Positions 43,129-53,490 of a stretch of 64,000 nucleotides of DNA are shown in pieces. The stretch is from Minisyncoccia bacterium (GTDB lineage Bacteria; Patescibacteriota; Minisyncoccia; Phycocordibacterales; UBA9973), in assembly GCA_965656375.1 (NCBI GenBank), contig CBFHKH010000001.1, forward strand, positions 708,291-772,290, in the 5' to 3' direction. Within the stretch, counting starts at the first letter, position 1; each line of letters opens with the position of its first letter. The notes beneath the pieces are model-generated. The model worked only from the letters and a program-made list of their open reading frames with translations, searched no databases and was not told the origin of the DNA. A program made the translations under genes and the position numbers.

Positions 43129-43220
43129 TAGCGACTAGCTTCTAGCACCTAGCTCCTAGTATAAGAATTTCAAGGTTTATTTATTACTGCTAGCAGCTAG
43201 AAGCTAGCGCCTAAAAGCTA
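43129..43220 (+). promoter_or_regulatory. heptad-repeat leader before fusA: (TAGCNNN)x4 - spacer with TATAAG - (GCTAGNN/GCTANNN)x5 - 6 nt - ATG
   Basis: tagcgac tagcttc tagcacc tagctcc tag-tataagaatttcaaggtttatttattact-gctagca gctagaa gctagcg cctaaaa gcta tttatt ATG. The arms are largely complementary (gcgactagcttctagc vs gctagaagctagcgc). Confidence 0.55.
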
Positions 43221-43226
43221 TTTATT

Positions 43227-45368
43227 ATGGAAAGAGATTATCCACTAGAGAAAGTTCGAAATATTGGAATTATCGCCCACATCGATGCGGGTAAGACTAC
43301 AACAACAGAGCGTGTGCTCTTTTATACAGGCGTGTCGCACAAGATCGGTGAAGTGCACGACGGTGAGACAACAACAGACTGGATGGAACAGGAGCGTGAG
43401 CGTGGTATCACGATTACATCTGCTGCTGTTACTTGTTTCTGGACTCCAACGTATGCAATAGGGGACAAGAACAAGAAGCATCGCTTCAACATCATCGATA
43501 CTCCTGGTCACATCGACTTCACTGTAGAAGTGAAGCGCTCCCTTCGCGTGCTCGACGGTGCTGTTGTCGTATTCGACGGCGTTGCCGGCGTTGAACCTCA
43601 GTCAGAGACAAACTGGCGCTATGCTGATGAGGCAAGTGTGCCTCGTATTTGTTTCGTGAACAAACTCGATCGTACTGGTGCATCATTTGAGCACTCATAC
43701 AAGACAATCCTTGATCGTCTTACAAAGAAAGCTATTCGCGCTCAGATTCCAATAGGCCTTGAAGATGGTCATGAAGGAGTTATTGATCTTCTCAAGATGA
43801 AAGCATACTACTTCGAAGGGGAAATGGGTAATAAAGTTATTGAAAAAGAAATTCCAGAAAACATGAAAGCTGATGCAGAGAAGTATCATGCAGAATTGAT
43901 TGAAAAGATCGTCGAACAAGATGATGCAGTCATGAACGAATACTTCGAAGGCAAGGTTCCAGATATCGATACACTCAAGAAGCTTATGCGTAAAGGCGTC
44001 ATTGCTAATGAAATTTTCCCTGTATTTGCAGGATCTGCCCTCAAGAATAAGGGTGTTCAGCTCGTACTTGATGCTGTCGTTGATTACCTTCCATCACCTA
44101 CAGATATTCCTCCGATCCCAGGTGTTGATCCAAATACTGATGAAGCTGTAGTACGCAAGGCATCTGATAGTGAGCCGTTCTCAGCACTCGCATTCAAGGT
44201 GGCAACTGACCCATTCGTTGGTCAGCTTATCTTCTTCCGAGTTTACTCAGGATCTATCGCTGCAGGTTCGTATGTATACAACCCTCGCACTCGCAACAAA
44301 GAGCGCCTTGGACGAATACTCCGCATGCACGCAAACGATCGTGAAGAAGTAAAGAAAGTGTACGCAGGTGAAATTGCCGCCGCAGTCGGACTCAAAGACA
44401 CCATCACTTCAGATACACTTTGTGATGAAGAGAATCCAGTCGAGCTTAACCGTATTGTATTCCCAGAACCAGTTATCAACCTCCGCGTAGAGCCAAAGAC
44501 AAAGGCAGACCAGGAGAAAATGGGTATGGCGCTTAATCGTCTTGCTCAAGAAGACCCGACATTCAAAGTATCAACTGATCCAGAAACAAACGAAACTATT
44601 ATCGCAGGAATGGGAGAACTTCACCTTGAAATTATCGTTGACCGTATGAAACGTGAGTTCTCAGTCGAGACAAACGTCGGCAAGCCACAGGTAGCATACC
44701 GCGAGACTATTACAGGTGAAGCACAGGTAGAAGGCAAGTACATCAAGCAGTCAGGAGGCCGCGGTAACTATGGTCACGTAAAGATCAAGATCAAGCCAAT
44801 GGACCTTACTGTTGATCCAGATGATCTTCCAAAGAACGTAAAACGTGAAAAAGGATTTGAATTCATCAACACTATCAAAGGAGGCGCAATTCCACAAGAA
44901 TACATTCCAGCCGTTGAAAAGGGTCTTAAAGAAGGTCTTGATCGTGGAGTTCTTGCAGGATTCAAGCTTGAGAACGTCTCTGTAGATCTCTATGACGGTT
45001 CATACCACGATGTTGACTCAAACGAAATGGCTTTCAAGATTGCTGCTTCTATGGCGATTCAGGATGCAGCAAAGCTTGCAAAACCTGTGATCCTCGAACC
45101 TATGATGCAGGTAGAAGTTATCACTCCAGACAAGTTCATGGGAGATGTGACTGGTTCGCTCTCATCAAAGCGTGGAATTATCGAAGGTATGGAAGCACGT
45201 GGTATGAATCAGGTAGTGAAAGCTGTCGTTCCTCTTTCTGAAATGTTCGGATACATGACAACCCTCCGCTCAATGACCGAAGGCCGTGCAGGATTCACTA
45301 TGGAATTCGTCCGCTACGATATAGTCCCACAGAATGTTGCTACAACTATTATCGAGTCTCGCAAATAA
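43227..45368 (+). CDS. fusA: translation elongation factor G
   Basis: G-domain motifs [18 protein letters not shown]. 713 aa. Follows rpsL-rpsG. Confidence 0.9.
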   Translation: MERDYPLEKVRNIGIIAHIDAGKTTTTERVLFYTGVSHKIGEVHDGETTTDWMEQERERGITITSAAVTCFWTPTYAIGDKNKKHRFNIIDTPGHIDFTVEVKRSLRVLDGAVVVFDGVAGVEPQSETNWRYADEASVPRICFVNKLDRTGASFEHSYKTILDRLTKKAIRAQIPIGLEDGHEGVIDLLKMKAYYFEGEMGNKVIEKEIPENMKADAEKYHAELIEKIVEQDDAVMNEYFEGKVPDIDTLKKLMRKGVIANEIFPVFAGSALKNKGVQLVLDAVVDYLPSPTDIPPIPGVDPNTDEAVVRKASDSEPFSALAFKVATDPFVGQLIFFRVYSGSIAAGSYVYNPRTRNKERLGRILRMHANDREEVKKVYAGEIAAAVGLKDTITSDTLCDEENPVELNRIVFPEPVINLRVEPKTKADQEKMGMALNRLAQEDPTFKVSTDPETNETIIAGMGELHLEIIVDRMKREFSVETNVGKPQVAYRETITGEAQVEGKYIKQSGGRGNYGHVKIKIKPMDLTVDPDDLPKNVKREKGFEFINTIKGGAIPQEYIPAVEKGLKEGLDRGVLAGFKLENVSVDLYDGSYHDVDSNEMAFKIAASMAIQDAAKLAKPVILEPMMQVEVITPDKFMGDVTGSLSSKRGIIEGMEARGMNQVVKAVVPLSEMFGYMTTLRSMTEGRAGFTMEFVRYDIVPQNVATTIIESRK

Positions 45369-45385
45369 TCTTTTGTAGATATAAG

Positions 45386-45417
45386 AAAAGCCCTCCGAGT
45401 AATCGGGGGGCTTTTTA
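45386..45417 (+). terminator. rho-independent terminator (aaaagccctccg…cggggggctttt)
   Basis: GC-rich stem plus T-run after the fusA stop. Confidence 0.65.
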
Positions 45418-45538
45418 TAAGTCTATTATTATCCAGTATGTATATTTTAGTAACGCACAGAGTGTGGTTACTGGAAGGCTTAGCGTGCTTGCGGTTGAGG
45501 TAAGCTTGATTCTTCATAGGAATTGCTCCTAATAACTC

Positions 45539-45952
45539 CTACTCCCTGGTAACCACAGTGGGCACCTTGGTATCCGCAATCGATGTATTATTTGCTGTTT
45601 CATCTGAAATGTTAACGCCGTTTAAATTTTGTTGGCCGGTATCGTTCACCTGGTTGCTTGCTTTAGAAGTGGTGTTGTTTGATACATTTGCGGCTGAAAC
45701 CTGGTCGCCTGTGGAATTGCCAACATCATCTTTTTTAAAAAACTGATCCGCTGTTTTTATCAATGCGCCTGTTACTTCAACTTTTTTAACTGTTACAGTT
45801 TGAATGTCAGGTGGGGAAGTGATCAGCCAGTTCGATACAACATAGTTTGCTTTTAGTGTAGTTTTCTCTACTACATTTTTTTTAGCGGCGGTTGGGATGG
45901 TGATGCACACGGCACATATGGCCATGATAAGCATCGTGAACATTTTTTTCAT
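45539..45952 (-). CDS. secreted hypothetical protein (signal peptide, Asn/Thr/Ser-rich)
   Basis: N-terminal MKKMFTMLIMAICAVCITIPTAA signal. No motifs. Confidence 0.45.
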   Translation of the reverse strand: MKKMFTMLIMAICAVCITIPTAAKKNVVEKTTLKANYVVSNWLITSPPDIQTVTVKKVEVTGALIKTADQFFKKDDVGNSTGDQVSAANVSNNTTSKASNQVNDTGQQNLNGVNISDETANNTSIADTKVPTVVTRE

Positions 45953-46160
45953 TTTTTTACAATTTAAACTGTTTTAGAAATGAGATATTTGATTTTAAAC
46001 GTTCTCTCTTTCGAATTATTGGCGTTTTAGCATGAGTATTGTTAAACCACTTATATTAGAGTTAATGGTCCTCATTTGCTATTAGCATTTAATTCCTACA
46101 CAAGAGTCTTACGTTAAATGTACTACTCTCCCGTATTATGTCAAGATATTCTTACCAGTT

Positions 46161-46784
46161 TTGGGGATAGTCGAATCATGCTATACTAAAAGAATATTAG
46201 TTAACTTTCGCACTATGCAAAACCAAAAAGGAAATTTAAAAGTTATCGTTACTTTCATTGTTGTACTTTGTATTGTCGGTCTTATCGTGTATGCGCTGAT
46301 GCAAAAAACTGCATCTGCTCCCGAAGGTGTTACCGATACTGACAGCCTCGCCACAGAGTCTACAACTGATCAAAAATTAAAAGATAATACAGAAGCACAA
46401 AAACCAATGGAAACAAATCAAAGAACATTAGCAGATTTTAAGCCAATCGCACATACAAGCACTCTACAAAAGATTGATCTCGTTGTCGGTTCAGGAGCAG
46501 AAGTTAAACCAGGGGCAACAGTAAGCGTGCACTACACTGGTGCAGTTGCTGCTACGGGAGCGATATTCCAATCTTCAAAAGATTTTGGCTCAACTCCAAT
46601 TACATTTCCACTCTCTGGAGTTATCAAAGGATGGACTGATGGTATCCCAGGTATGAAAATCGGCGGCACTCGTCGCCTTGTAATCCCAGCACAAGAAGCT
46701 TACGGGGCAAATCCTCCAGCTGGTTCAGGAATCCCAGCGAATGCTGACCTCGTGTTTGATGTAGAGCTCGTTGCTGTAAAATAA
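46161..46784 (+). CDS. FKBP-type peptidyl-prolyl cis-trans isomerase with N-terminal membrane anchor
   Basis: C-terminal FKBP domain (…VSVHYTG…G.IFQSS…PITFPLSGVIKGWTDGIPGMKIGGTRRLVIP…ADLVFDVELVAV). The track start is a TTG at 46161. An internal ATG at 46215 (MQNQKGNL…) is an equally plausible start. Confidence 0.75.
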   Translation: MGIVESCYTKRILVNFRTMQNQKGNLKVIVTFIVVLCIVGLIVYALMQKTASAPEGVTDTDSLATESTTDQKLKDNTEAQKPMETNQRTLADFKPIAHTSTLQKIDLVVGSGAEVKPGATVSVHYTGAVAATGAIFQSSKDFGSTPITFPLSGVIKGWTDGIPGMKIGGTRRLVIPAQEAYGANPPAGSGIPANADLVFDVELVAVK

Positions 46785-46788
46785 TCGA

Positions 46789-48291
46789 ATGCAAAAAATA
46801 AAAGAATCAATCGTATATTTCGTAAAGAAATATTATAAGAAAAAGCGTTTTTGGGCGATACTTATCATCGTCAGTATCTTTATTTTTGTATCTCTCAAAC
46901 CTGACGCTCCTACAGAGAGTATTGCTCTTGATCAAGCACGCTTTGTAGATTTGAAACAAACGGTTCTCGCTACTGGCCAAGTTACGTCAAATACAGATCT
47001 CGATCTGTCATTCAATTCGACTGGCATAGTAAAAGCCCTCAAAGTAAAAGTTGGTGATTCTGTAAAGAAAGGCGACATACTTGCAACGATCGACCAGGGA
47101 TCAGTTCTCGCGACGCTTACGCAAGCTCGTGGCGCACTTGCAGCTGCGCAAGCACGGTATAAAAAAGTAACAGAAGGTTCCGATGTTGCTCTCGCAGAGA
47201 TCGCTCTTGAACAAGCACGTATTACCGAAAATACCCTTGTCGAAAACGCATATCAACGCCTCTTGAACTCGACTCCGGAAGCACTGCCTCAAAATGGGAG
47301 CAATGACTACAATCCTCCGACAATCAGCGGAACATATAGCTTGGGCAAAGAGGGAACTATTCTTCTAAAGACCTATGCTTCAGGAAGCGAAAGCGGATAT
47401 AGTTTCAATCTCTCAGGTTTGGTTTCTGGATCTGGCAATGTGACGACTACCACTCCACAGCCATTGGGTAATTCTGGACTCTATATCAGATTCCCTGCCA
47501 CAAACAATGGAGAGATCACTGAGTGGGTAATTACCATTCCAAATAAAAAGGCATCAGACTATCTGACGAATTACAATGCTCATCAGGAGGCAGTAACTCA
47601 TGCCCGATCATCGATAGATCAGAAGACTGCCGACCTCGCACTCAAGAAGGCGCAAGCAGCAGGATCGGATATTGATCTTGCACGTGCTGATATCATAAGT
47701 GCCCAAGGACAAGTACAAGCTGCTCAAGCAAAATACGAAGATACAGTCATACGAGCGCCAGCAGATGGGACGATCACAAATATCGACATCAAATTGGGAG
47801 AACTTTCTGAATCTCAGAAACCGATCATCACACTTCAGGATGTATCGAATCTCTACGTAGAAGCAAAGATCAATGAATCAAGCATTGCTAACCTCAAACT
47901 TGGACAAAAAGTAACAATGACGTTTGATGCATTTGGTTCTGGAAGAACATTCGAAGGCTCCGTGGTTCATATTGATCCGGGTGCGACTACAACAGACGGT
48001 ATCGTAAACTACAAGATAAAGTCTTCGATTGCATCTCTTGATCCTGCTATCCGCGCAGGTATGAATGCAGACATCAATATCCTCACCGCAGAGAAATCTC
48101 ATGTTCTGGTCATTCCAAAGGCGGCACTCTTTATGGAAGGCGGTACGATGTATGTAAATGTAGTAACTGACAAGAAACGCAAAAAATATGAAAAAGAAGC
48201 AGTACAGACCGGACTCACCGGTGATGGCAATTTGATAGAGATCACATCTCTACTCTCTGAAGGGCAAGATATCGCTATCGTTTCAAAATAA
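46789..48291 (+). CDS. efflux membrane-fusion (HlyD/MacA-like periplasmic adaptor) protein
   Basis: N-terminal TM. Biotin-lipoyl-like segment (VKKGDILATIDQ). Long coiled-coil. Beta-barrel C-terminus. Upstream of the FtsX-permease and ABC ATPase genes. Confidence 0.7.
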   Translation: MQKIKESIVYFVKKYYKKKRFWAILIIVSIFIFVSLKPDAPTESIALDQARFVDLKQTVLATGQVTSNTDLDLSFNSTGIVKALKVKVGDSVKKGDILATIDQGSVLATLTQARGALAAAQARYKKVTEGSDVALAEIALEQARITENTLVENAYQRLLNSTPEALPQNGSNDYNPPTISGTYSLGKEGTILLKTYASGSESGYSFNLSGLVSGSGNVTTTTPQPLGNSGLYIRFPATNNGEITEWVITIPNKKASDYLTNYNAHQEAVTHARSSIDQKTADLALKKAQAAGSDIDLARADIISAQGQVQAAQAKYEDTVIRAPADGTITNIDIKLGELSESQKPIITLQDVSNLYVEAKINESSIANLKLGQKVTMTFDAFGSGRTFEGSVVHIDPGATTTDGIVNYKIKSSIASLDPAIRAGMNADINILTAEKSHVLVIPKAALFMEGGTMYVNVVTDKKRKKYEKEAVQTGLTGDGNLIEITSLLSEGQDIAIVSK

Positions 48292-49568
48292 TGAAAGATC
48301 AGATCACAAAGGAAGATTCCTTTTCTCGGAATATAAAAGTCGGTTGGTTTTTGGCCAAGCGTGATATTGAACGCGCCAATATCTGGACCACAGGGCTCAT
48401 TGTTATGGTTATGACGCTGACATTTCTCAATCTCATTGTTGTTTCCGGTATCCTTGTCGGTCTTATCCAAGGATCAGAAGATGCACAGAAAAAATATGCG
48501 ATAGGGGATATTGTGATCTCTCCATTTCTCAATAAAAGTGCGATAGAAAATACTCCCGATGTTGTTGATATCGTAAAGACTATTCCTGGATACAAGAATC
48601 ATACCGTTCGCTATTCGGGCGCTGTCCGCGTAGAATCAAATTATCGCGAGACTGTCGCCCCAGGTGACAAACGAGATGGAGCAGGAGGATCGCTTCTTGG
48701 CATCGACCCAATAGAAGAAGAGAAATTTTCAGGTATTTCAAAATTCATCGTCCGAGGTTCGTATCTTACAAATTTGGACCAAGATAGTGTTCTTATTGGT
48801 AAGAATCTTCTCTATGAATTTACGCCTATAGAAGCACCGGGGTTCCAGACACTCAAGAACATTTCTATTGGATCCCGTGTAAAAGTAACTGCAGGTGATT
48901 CTGCAAAAGAATATTTTGTAAAAGGTATTATCAAGAGTAAGGTAGACGAATTCGATACATCCATTGTTGCTCTTGATTCTGAAGTACGTAAGCTTATCGG
49001 TCGCGATGATTTGAATGCCGGTACGATCGCGATTCAGCTTACTGAAGGAACTGATCCGATCCAAGCAAAGAATTTCCTCATTGCATCTGGTGTTGGTGAG
49101 TTCGCACGCATCCAAACTGCACAGGAAGCCTTTCCTAAATTCCTCACTGATATCAAAGCAACATTTGCAATACTTGGTTCTGTGATTTCCGGTATCGGGC
49201 TTGTAGTTGCATCGATCACAATATTTATTGTTATCTTCGTCAATGCCATTACTCGCAGGCGCTTTATCGGCATTTTGAAGGGTATCGGCATCAATAAAAG
49301 AGCGATACTCTACTCATATATGTATCAGGCGTTCATCTATGCATCTGGCGGGATCATCATCGGTATGATGCTCATTTTCCTCCTTATCAAACCGTATTTT
49401 GCAGCGAACCCTCTTGATTTTCCTTTTTCTGACGGTATTCTTGTTGCAACGCTCGATGGTACCCTTATACGAGCGGGGATACTGCTCATCGCTACTGTGA
49501 TTGCAGGATATATACCAGCCCAAATAGTTATCAAACAAAATACACTCTCTGCGATTTTAGGCAGATAA
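48291..49568 (+). CDS. ABC transporter permease, FtsX/MacB-like
   Basis: N-terminal TM, large periplasmic domain, three C-terminal TM helices. 425 aa. Confidence 0.7.
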   Translation: MKDQITKEDSFSRNIKVGWFLAKRDIERANIWTTGLIVMVMTLTFLNLIVVSGILVGLIQGSEDAQKKYAIGDIVISPFLNKSAIENTPDVVDIVKTIPGYKNHTVRYSGAVRVESNYRETVAPGDKRDGAGGSLLGIDPIEEEKFSGISKFIVRGSYLTNLDQDSVLIGKNLLYEFTPIEAPGFQTLKNISIGSRVKVTAGDSAKEYFVKGIIKSKVDEFDTSIVALDSEVRKLIGRDDLNAGTIAIQLTEGTDPIQAKNFLIASGVGEFARIQTAQEAFPKFLTDIKATFAILGSVISGIGLVVASITIFIVIFVNAITRRRFIGILKGIGINKRAILYSYMYQAFIYASGGIIIGMMLIFLLIKPYFAANPLDFPFSDGILVATLDGTLIRAGILLIATVIAGYIPAQIVIKQNTLSAILGR

Positions 49569-49576
49569 TACTCTCT

Positions 49577-50254
49577 ATGATAGAAGCAAAAAATCTTACA
49601 AAAATATTTCAAAGTGGTGACCAACAAATTATTGCGCTCAATGATGTATCATTTCACGTACCTCAAGGGCAGTTTCTTACTATCACCGGCAAATCTGGCT
49701 CCGGAAAATCTACCCTTCTTTATCAGTTAGGACTCCTCGATATACCGACATCCGGTGGTGCGATTATCGATGGCAAGGATCTCGTGCCTGCATCCGAGCG
49801 TGAGCGTACACACACAAGGCTCAACGACCTTGGGTATATTTTCCAAGACTACGCGATCCTTCCATCGCTTTCAACTCTCGAGAATACGATACTGCCACTT
49901 CTCATGCAGGGATATAGTACAAAGCTCGCTACAGAACAAGCAAAAAAAGCTCTTGATAAAGTGGGATTGCTCAATCGAATGAACAATCTCCCAAGCCAGC
50001 TCTCCGGAGGACAACAACAACGTGTATCGATCGCACGCGCAATAGCGCACGATCCAAAAGTGATATTTGCCGATGAGCCGACCGCAAACCTTGATTCAGA
50101 AACTTCAGAGCAGGTTATCAAGACCTTCCTTGATTTGAATCGTGAAGGACAGACGATCGTTATGGTTACGCACGAACCCGAATACGCAAAGCTTGCTCAC
50201 CGAACGATCACGATGGCTGATGGTGTAATCATAAGCGATATAATGAATCGATAA
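49577..50254 (+). CDS. ABC transporter ATP-binding protein (MacB/LolD-like)
   Basis: Walker A GKSGSGKST, signature LSGGQQQRVSIARA, Walker B IFADEPT. Confidence 0.85.
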   Translation: MIEAKNLTKIFQSGDQQIIALNDVSFHVPQGQFLTITGKSGSGKSTLLYQLGLLDIPTSGGAIIDGKDLVPASERERTHTRLNDLGYIFQDYAILPSLSTLENTILPLLMQGYSTKLATEQAKKALDKVGLLNRMNNLPSQLSGGQQQRVSIARAIAHDPKVIFADEPTANLDSETSEQVIKTFLDLNREGQTIVMVTHEPEYAKLAHRTITMADGVIISDIMNR

Positions 50255-50316
50255 TCCTATTTAACCTATATTTGTCAAGGTATATTTCTATTTCCAATGT
50301 ATGGTATACTGAGACT

Positions 50317-51111
50317 ATGGAAACACTTTTAACAAACAAGAGGTTCATTAAGGCTTCAATTGGCCTTATAGGGGTACTTACATTATTCGTATTTGTGCTT
50401 TTTATCAACGCAATCAAAGAAAATAGATATCTTGGAGTGGGGATGCAACCTCCTGCAACGATAACTGTTTCAGGTGAAGGAGAAGTGCTTGCCGTATCAG
50501 ATATTGCGACAGTGTATGTCACGCTCTCCAAAGATGCAGCAACAACAAAAGAAGCCCAGAATCTTCTTAATGAACAAGTTACAAAGACACTCGCATATCT
50601 GAAAGAACAGAAAATAGAAGACAAAGATATCAAATCAGAATACGGGGGAGTTAATCCAAAGTATTCATACGAAGCTGTTAATTGCTTCACATATCCATGC
50701 CCACAAAGAGATCCAAAGATCACAGGGTACACTGCAACTCAATCAATTACTATAAAGGTACGTGATGTAGACAATGCAAATGAAGTTCGCACTGGTCTTG
50801 CAAATCTTGGCATTACAAATATCAGCGGTCCAACACTTTCTATCGATAATGAAGATGGATTCAAGGAAAGCGCTCGGGCAAATGCGATCACTGACGCTCA
50901 AGCAAAAGCAAAAATTCTTGCAAAACAGCTTCATGTGCGTCTCGGCAAAGTCGTAAGCTTCTCTGAAGGAGGTATGGCATATCCTATGATGTATAGAGAA
51001 AAGAGTGTCATGAATCAAGATATGGCAGCAGGCGCTACACCAGCACCTGAGCTTCCAAAAGGGGAAAACAAGATCACTTCAAATGTGACCATCATCTACG
51101 AAATCAGATAA
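50317..51111 (+). CDS. SIMPL-domain (DUF541/BP26-like) periplasmic protein
   Basis: ITVSGEGEVLAVSDIATVYVTLS start of the SIMPL domain. N-terminal TM. The start was taken at the in-frame ATG (METLL…), since the track ORF begins at a TTG at 50272. Confidence 0.55.
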   Translation: METLLTNKRFIKASIGLIGVLTLFVFVLFINAIKENRYLGVGMQPPATITVSGEGEVLAVSDIATVYVTLSKDAATTKEAQNLLNEQVTKTLAYLKEQKIEDKDIKSEYGGVNPKYSYEAVNCFTYPCPQRDPKITGYTATQSITIKVRDVDNANEVRTGLANLGITNISGPTLSIDNEDGFKESARANAITDAQAKAKILAKQLHVRLGKVVSFSEGGMAYPMMYREKSVMNQDMAAGATPAPELPKGENKITSNVTIIYEIR

Positions 51112-51124
51112 TTAATAAACGTTC

Positions 51125-51153
51125 AAAAAGGCCAGGATTCCTGGCCTTTTTGC
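51125..51153 (+). terminator. rho-independent terminator aaaaaggccagg-attc-ctggccttttt
   Basis: Perfect palindrome plus T-run. Confidence 0.7.
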
Positions 51154-51251
51154 ATGAGAAGTCAGTCCTTGCAACTTTTAGCCCAATGTTGTACTATATA
51201 TTCATAAGCCCTCCGGGGTGGTTTTTATTAAGAGTAAAGATATTACACTAT

Positions 51252-51437
51252 ATGAGCAAAACTACTGAATATTTCAAAGAAGTGCGAGCGGAGATGAAGA
51301 ACGTTACATGGCCTACTCGTACACAGACCTTCTACTTCACTCTAGGCGTTATTATCGTTTCTCTATTTGTCGCATACTACTTAGGCTTCTTTGATTATAT
51401 ATTCACAAGGGGACTAGAGTGGGTACTATCACGATAA
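51252..51437 (+). CDS. secE: preprotein translocase subunit SecE
   Basis: 61-aa protein MSKTTEYFKEVRAEMKNVTWPTRTQT… with a single C-terminal TM helix, immediately upstream of nusG (conserved secE-nusG-rplK order). The track ORF begins at an upstream TTG. Confidence 0.75.
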   Translation: MSKTTEYFKEVRAEMKNVTWPTRTQTFYFTLGVIIVSLFVAYYLGFFDYIFTRGLEWVLSR

Positions 51438-51449
51438 CTATATTTTATT

Positions 51450-52004
51450 ATGGCAAAACAAGAATTACGAGGAGAAAGAAACTGGTACGCAATCCACACA
51501 TATGCTGGATACGAGAACGCAGTCATGCGTAACCTCAAGCAGCGTATTGATTCACTTGGCATGAATGACAAGATCTTTTCTGTGGTTGTCCCAACTGAAA
51601 AGAAGATCAAGATCAAAGGAGGTAAGCGAGCTGAGGTAGAAGAAAAGGTATATCCGGGCTATGTGCTCGTCGATATGATCGTTGATGATAACTCGTGGTA
51701 CGTCGTCCGCAACACGCCTCGCGTTACTGGATTCGTCGGTGCTGGAGTGAACCCAGTGCCTCTCAACAAGCAAGAAGTAGATGATCTTTTTGGCCGAATG
51801 GAGAAAGAGAACAACACTACGGGCAAGCACCAGATGGATGTAGAGGTAGAAGAAATCGTTCGTATTGCCGATGGTCCATTCAAGGACTTGGAAGGCAAGG
51901 TGAGCGATGTTGACCGCGAACGAGGTAAGGTTAAAGTTCTCGTATCGATGTTCGGTCGTGAGACACCGGTTGAGCTAGACTTCCTCCAGATAAAGAAACT
52001 CTAA
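51450..52004 (+). CDS. nusG: transcription termination/antitermination factor NusG
   Basis: NGN domain (WYAIHTYAGYENAV). C-terminal KOW (…IADGPFKDLEGKVSDVD…). Confidence 0.85.
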   Translation: MAKQELRGERNWYAIHTYAGYENAVMRNLKQRIDSLGMNDKIFSVVVPTEKKIKIKGGKRAEVEEKVYPGYVLVDMIVDDNSWYVVRNTPRVTGFVGAGVNPVPLNKQEVDDLFGRMEKENNTTGKHQMDVEVEEIVRIADGPFKDLEGKVSDVDRERGKVKVLVSMFGRETPVELDFLQIKKL

Positions 52005-52094
52005 TACTATTTACTAATTTTTGTGGTTTGATTTGTTTGTTGAAGTATGCTAAATTATAGCCTGTTACGCTTCGCTTCACTTCACTTATCAGTA

Positions 52095-52132
52095 TTCTGC
52101 TAGCAGCTAATTGCTAGTGGCTAAAAGCTAAA
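52095..52132 (+). promoter_or_regulatory. GCTA heptad array (GCTANNN)x5 ending 7 nt before the rplK ATG (3' half of the motif seen before nrdB and fusA)
   Basis: gctagca gctaatt gctagtg gctaaaa gctaaac attt ATG. No TAGC 5' array upstream here. Confidence 0.5.
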
Positions 52133-52137
52133 CATTT

Positions 52138-52566
52138 ATGGCAGCTAAAAAAATAACTAAAAAAGTAAAATTACAAATCCCTGCAGCGAAAGCTACTCCT
52201 GCGCCACCACTTGGTCCTGCGCTCGGTCAGGCTGGAGTAAACATCGCTGAATTTTGTCAGAAGTTTAACGCGATGACTCAAGATATGGCAGGTGAAACAG
52301 TCGGATGTGTTATCTCAGTGTACGAAGATCGTACCTATGATATCCAGGTAAAGACTCCTCCAGTTGCAGGCCTAATATTCAAAGCAGCAGGCATCGAAAA
52401 GGGTTCAGGCAAGCCAAATACTTCAAAGGCAGGCAAGATCACCAAAGCCCAGGTTCGCGCAATCGCCGAGAAGAAGATGCCAGATCTCAATGCGAAAGAT
52501 ATCGAAGGTGCAATGAAGATCGTGGAAGGCTCAGCTCGCTCAGCAGGAATCACTGTTACAGACTAA
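52138..52566 (+). CDS. rplK: 50S ribosomal protein L11
   Basis: …[26 protein letters not shown]… is canonical L11. Confidence 0.9.
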   Translation: MAAKKITKKVKLQIPAAKATPAPPLGPALGQAGVNIAEFCQKFNAMTQDMAGETVGCVISVYEDRTYDIQVKTPPVAGLIFKAAGIEKGSGKPNTSKAGKITKAQVRAIAEKKMPDLNAKDIEGAMKIVEGSARSAGITVTD

Positions 52567-52567
52567 T

Positions 52568-52610
52568 ACAAAACAACAAAACACCCGCATATGCGGGTGT
52601 TTTGTTGTTG
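52568..52610. terminator. bidirectional terminator acaaaacaacaaaacacccgc-atat-gcgggtgttttgttgttg
   Basis: About 19-bp palindrome directly after rplK. Confidence 0.7.
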
Positions 52611-52653
52611 ACATATTTGTGATTTAAAGTAGGATGAAGAAAAACATACAACT

Positions 52654-53448
52654 ATGAACCATAAAAAATTAGTCTGGAAAGAACGAGATGCCGACTTAGA
52701 AAAGGCTATCCGTTTCCATGACCCGAAGCATCGCTTCGAAGTCATGATGTACCGGACCAATTTGCTGGTCCATACAACAAGAGTCCCCTTGATCGTGGAA
52801 GCACTTATACCGCTTGCACAGACATATTACGAAGAATTTGATCCAAACCTCGTTCGTCTTATTGCTAAATATCATGATGATCCTGAGCTTGTCGCACTAC
52901 GTGGCGATGTATCACTCCAGCTCAAGCTAAAAATGGATGATGATGAAAAAGAAATATTACGAAGAGAAGAGATTGAAGCAATAAATCAGATAGCAAAATT
53001 TTATCCTAAAAAAGTTGGAGGATATAATTATAAAGCAATCCTGATGCATGCGTTACACAAAGACTGCCCTGAAGCGCAGCTCCACTCGCTTGCAGACAAA
53101 TGGGATGGATGCTGTGAATCATTGCATGAAGTGTTTGCAGGAAACTTAGTTTTCGTTGAACCGGTACTTAATTATTATCAAGGGATTTTTGGAAAGCGAT
53201 ATGAAAAGTTTTCGCTAATAAAAGAACTATTCATTGATGATATAGCTCAGAAGAACTCGTTCCTTCAGTTTCCTACATTTGATTTCATGGATCTATTTGA
53301 TAGTGGCAAACGCAAATGCGCACCACATACACAAGAGTCCCTGTCGTATGATAGCAAAATACCAGCGTACGAGGCATGGAAAAAGATCACTCTCAGTAAT
53401 TTTCCTAATGGTTTAGATTTGCTTACAAGGCAAAAAGAATTTCAATAA
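52654..53448 (+). CDS. HD-domain phosphohydrolase-like protein (occupies the position where rplA is normally found)
   Basis: H…HD…D spacing (LLVHTTRV … KYHDDPE … DKWDG) is suggestive of an HD domain. 264 aa. Family assignment tentative. Confidence 0.4.
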   Translation: MNHKKLVWKERDADLEKAIRFHDPKHRFEVMMYRTNLLVHTTRVPLIVEALIPLAQTYYEEFDPNLVRLIAKYHDDPELVALRGDVSLQLKLKMDDDEKEILRREEIEAINQIAKFYPKKVGGYNYKAILMHALHKDCPEAQLHSLADKWDGCCESLHEVFAGNLVFVEPVLNYYQGIFGKRYEKFSLIKELFIDDIAQKNSFLQFPTFDFMDLFDSGKRKCAPHTQESLSYDSKIPAYEAWKKITLSNFPNGLDLLTRQKEFQ

Positions 53449-53481
53449 AAAAGCTTCTGCGCTTAGTGCAGAAGCTTTTTC
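53449..53481. terminator. bidirectional terminator aaaaagcttctgc-gcttagt-gcagaagcttttt
   Basis: Perfect 13-bp stem. Lies between the convergent HD gene and efp. Confidence 0.7.
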
Positions 53482-53490
53482 AGTTTTCAT

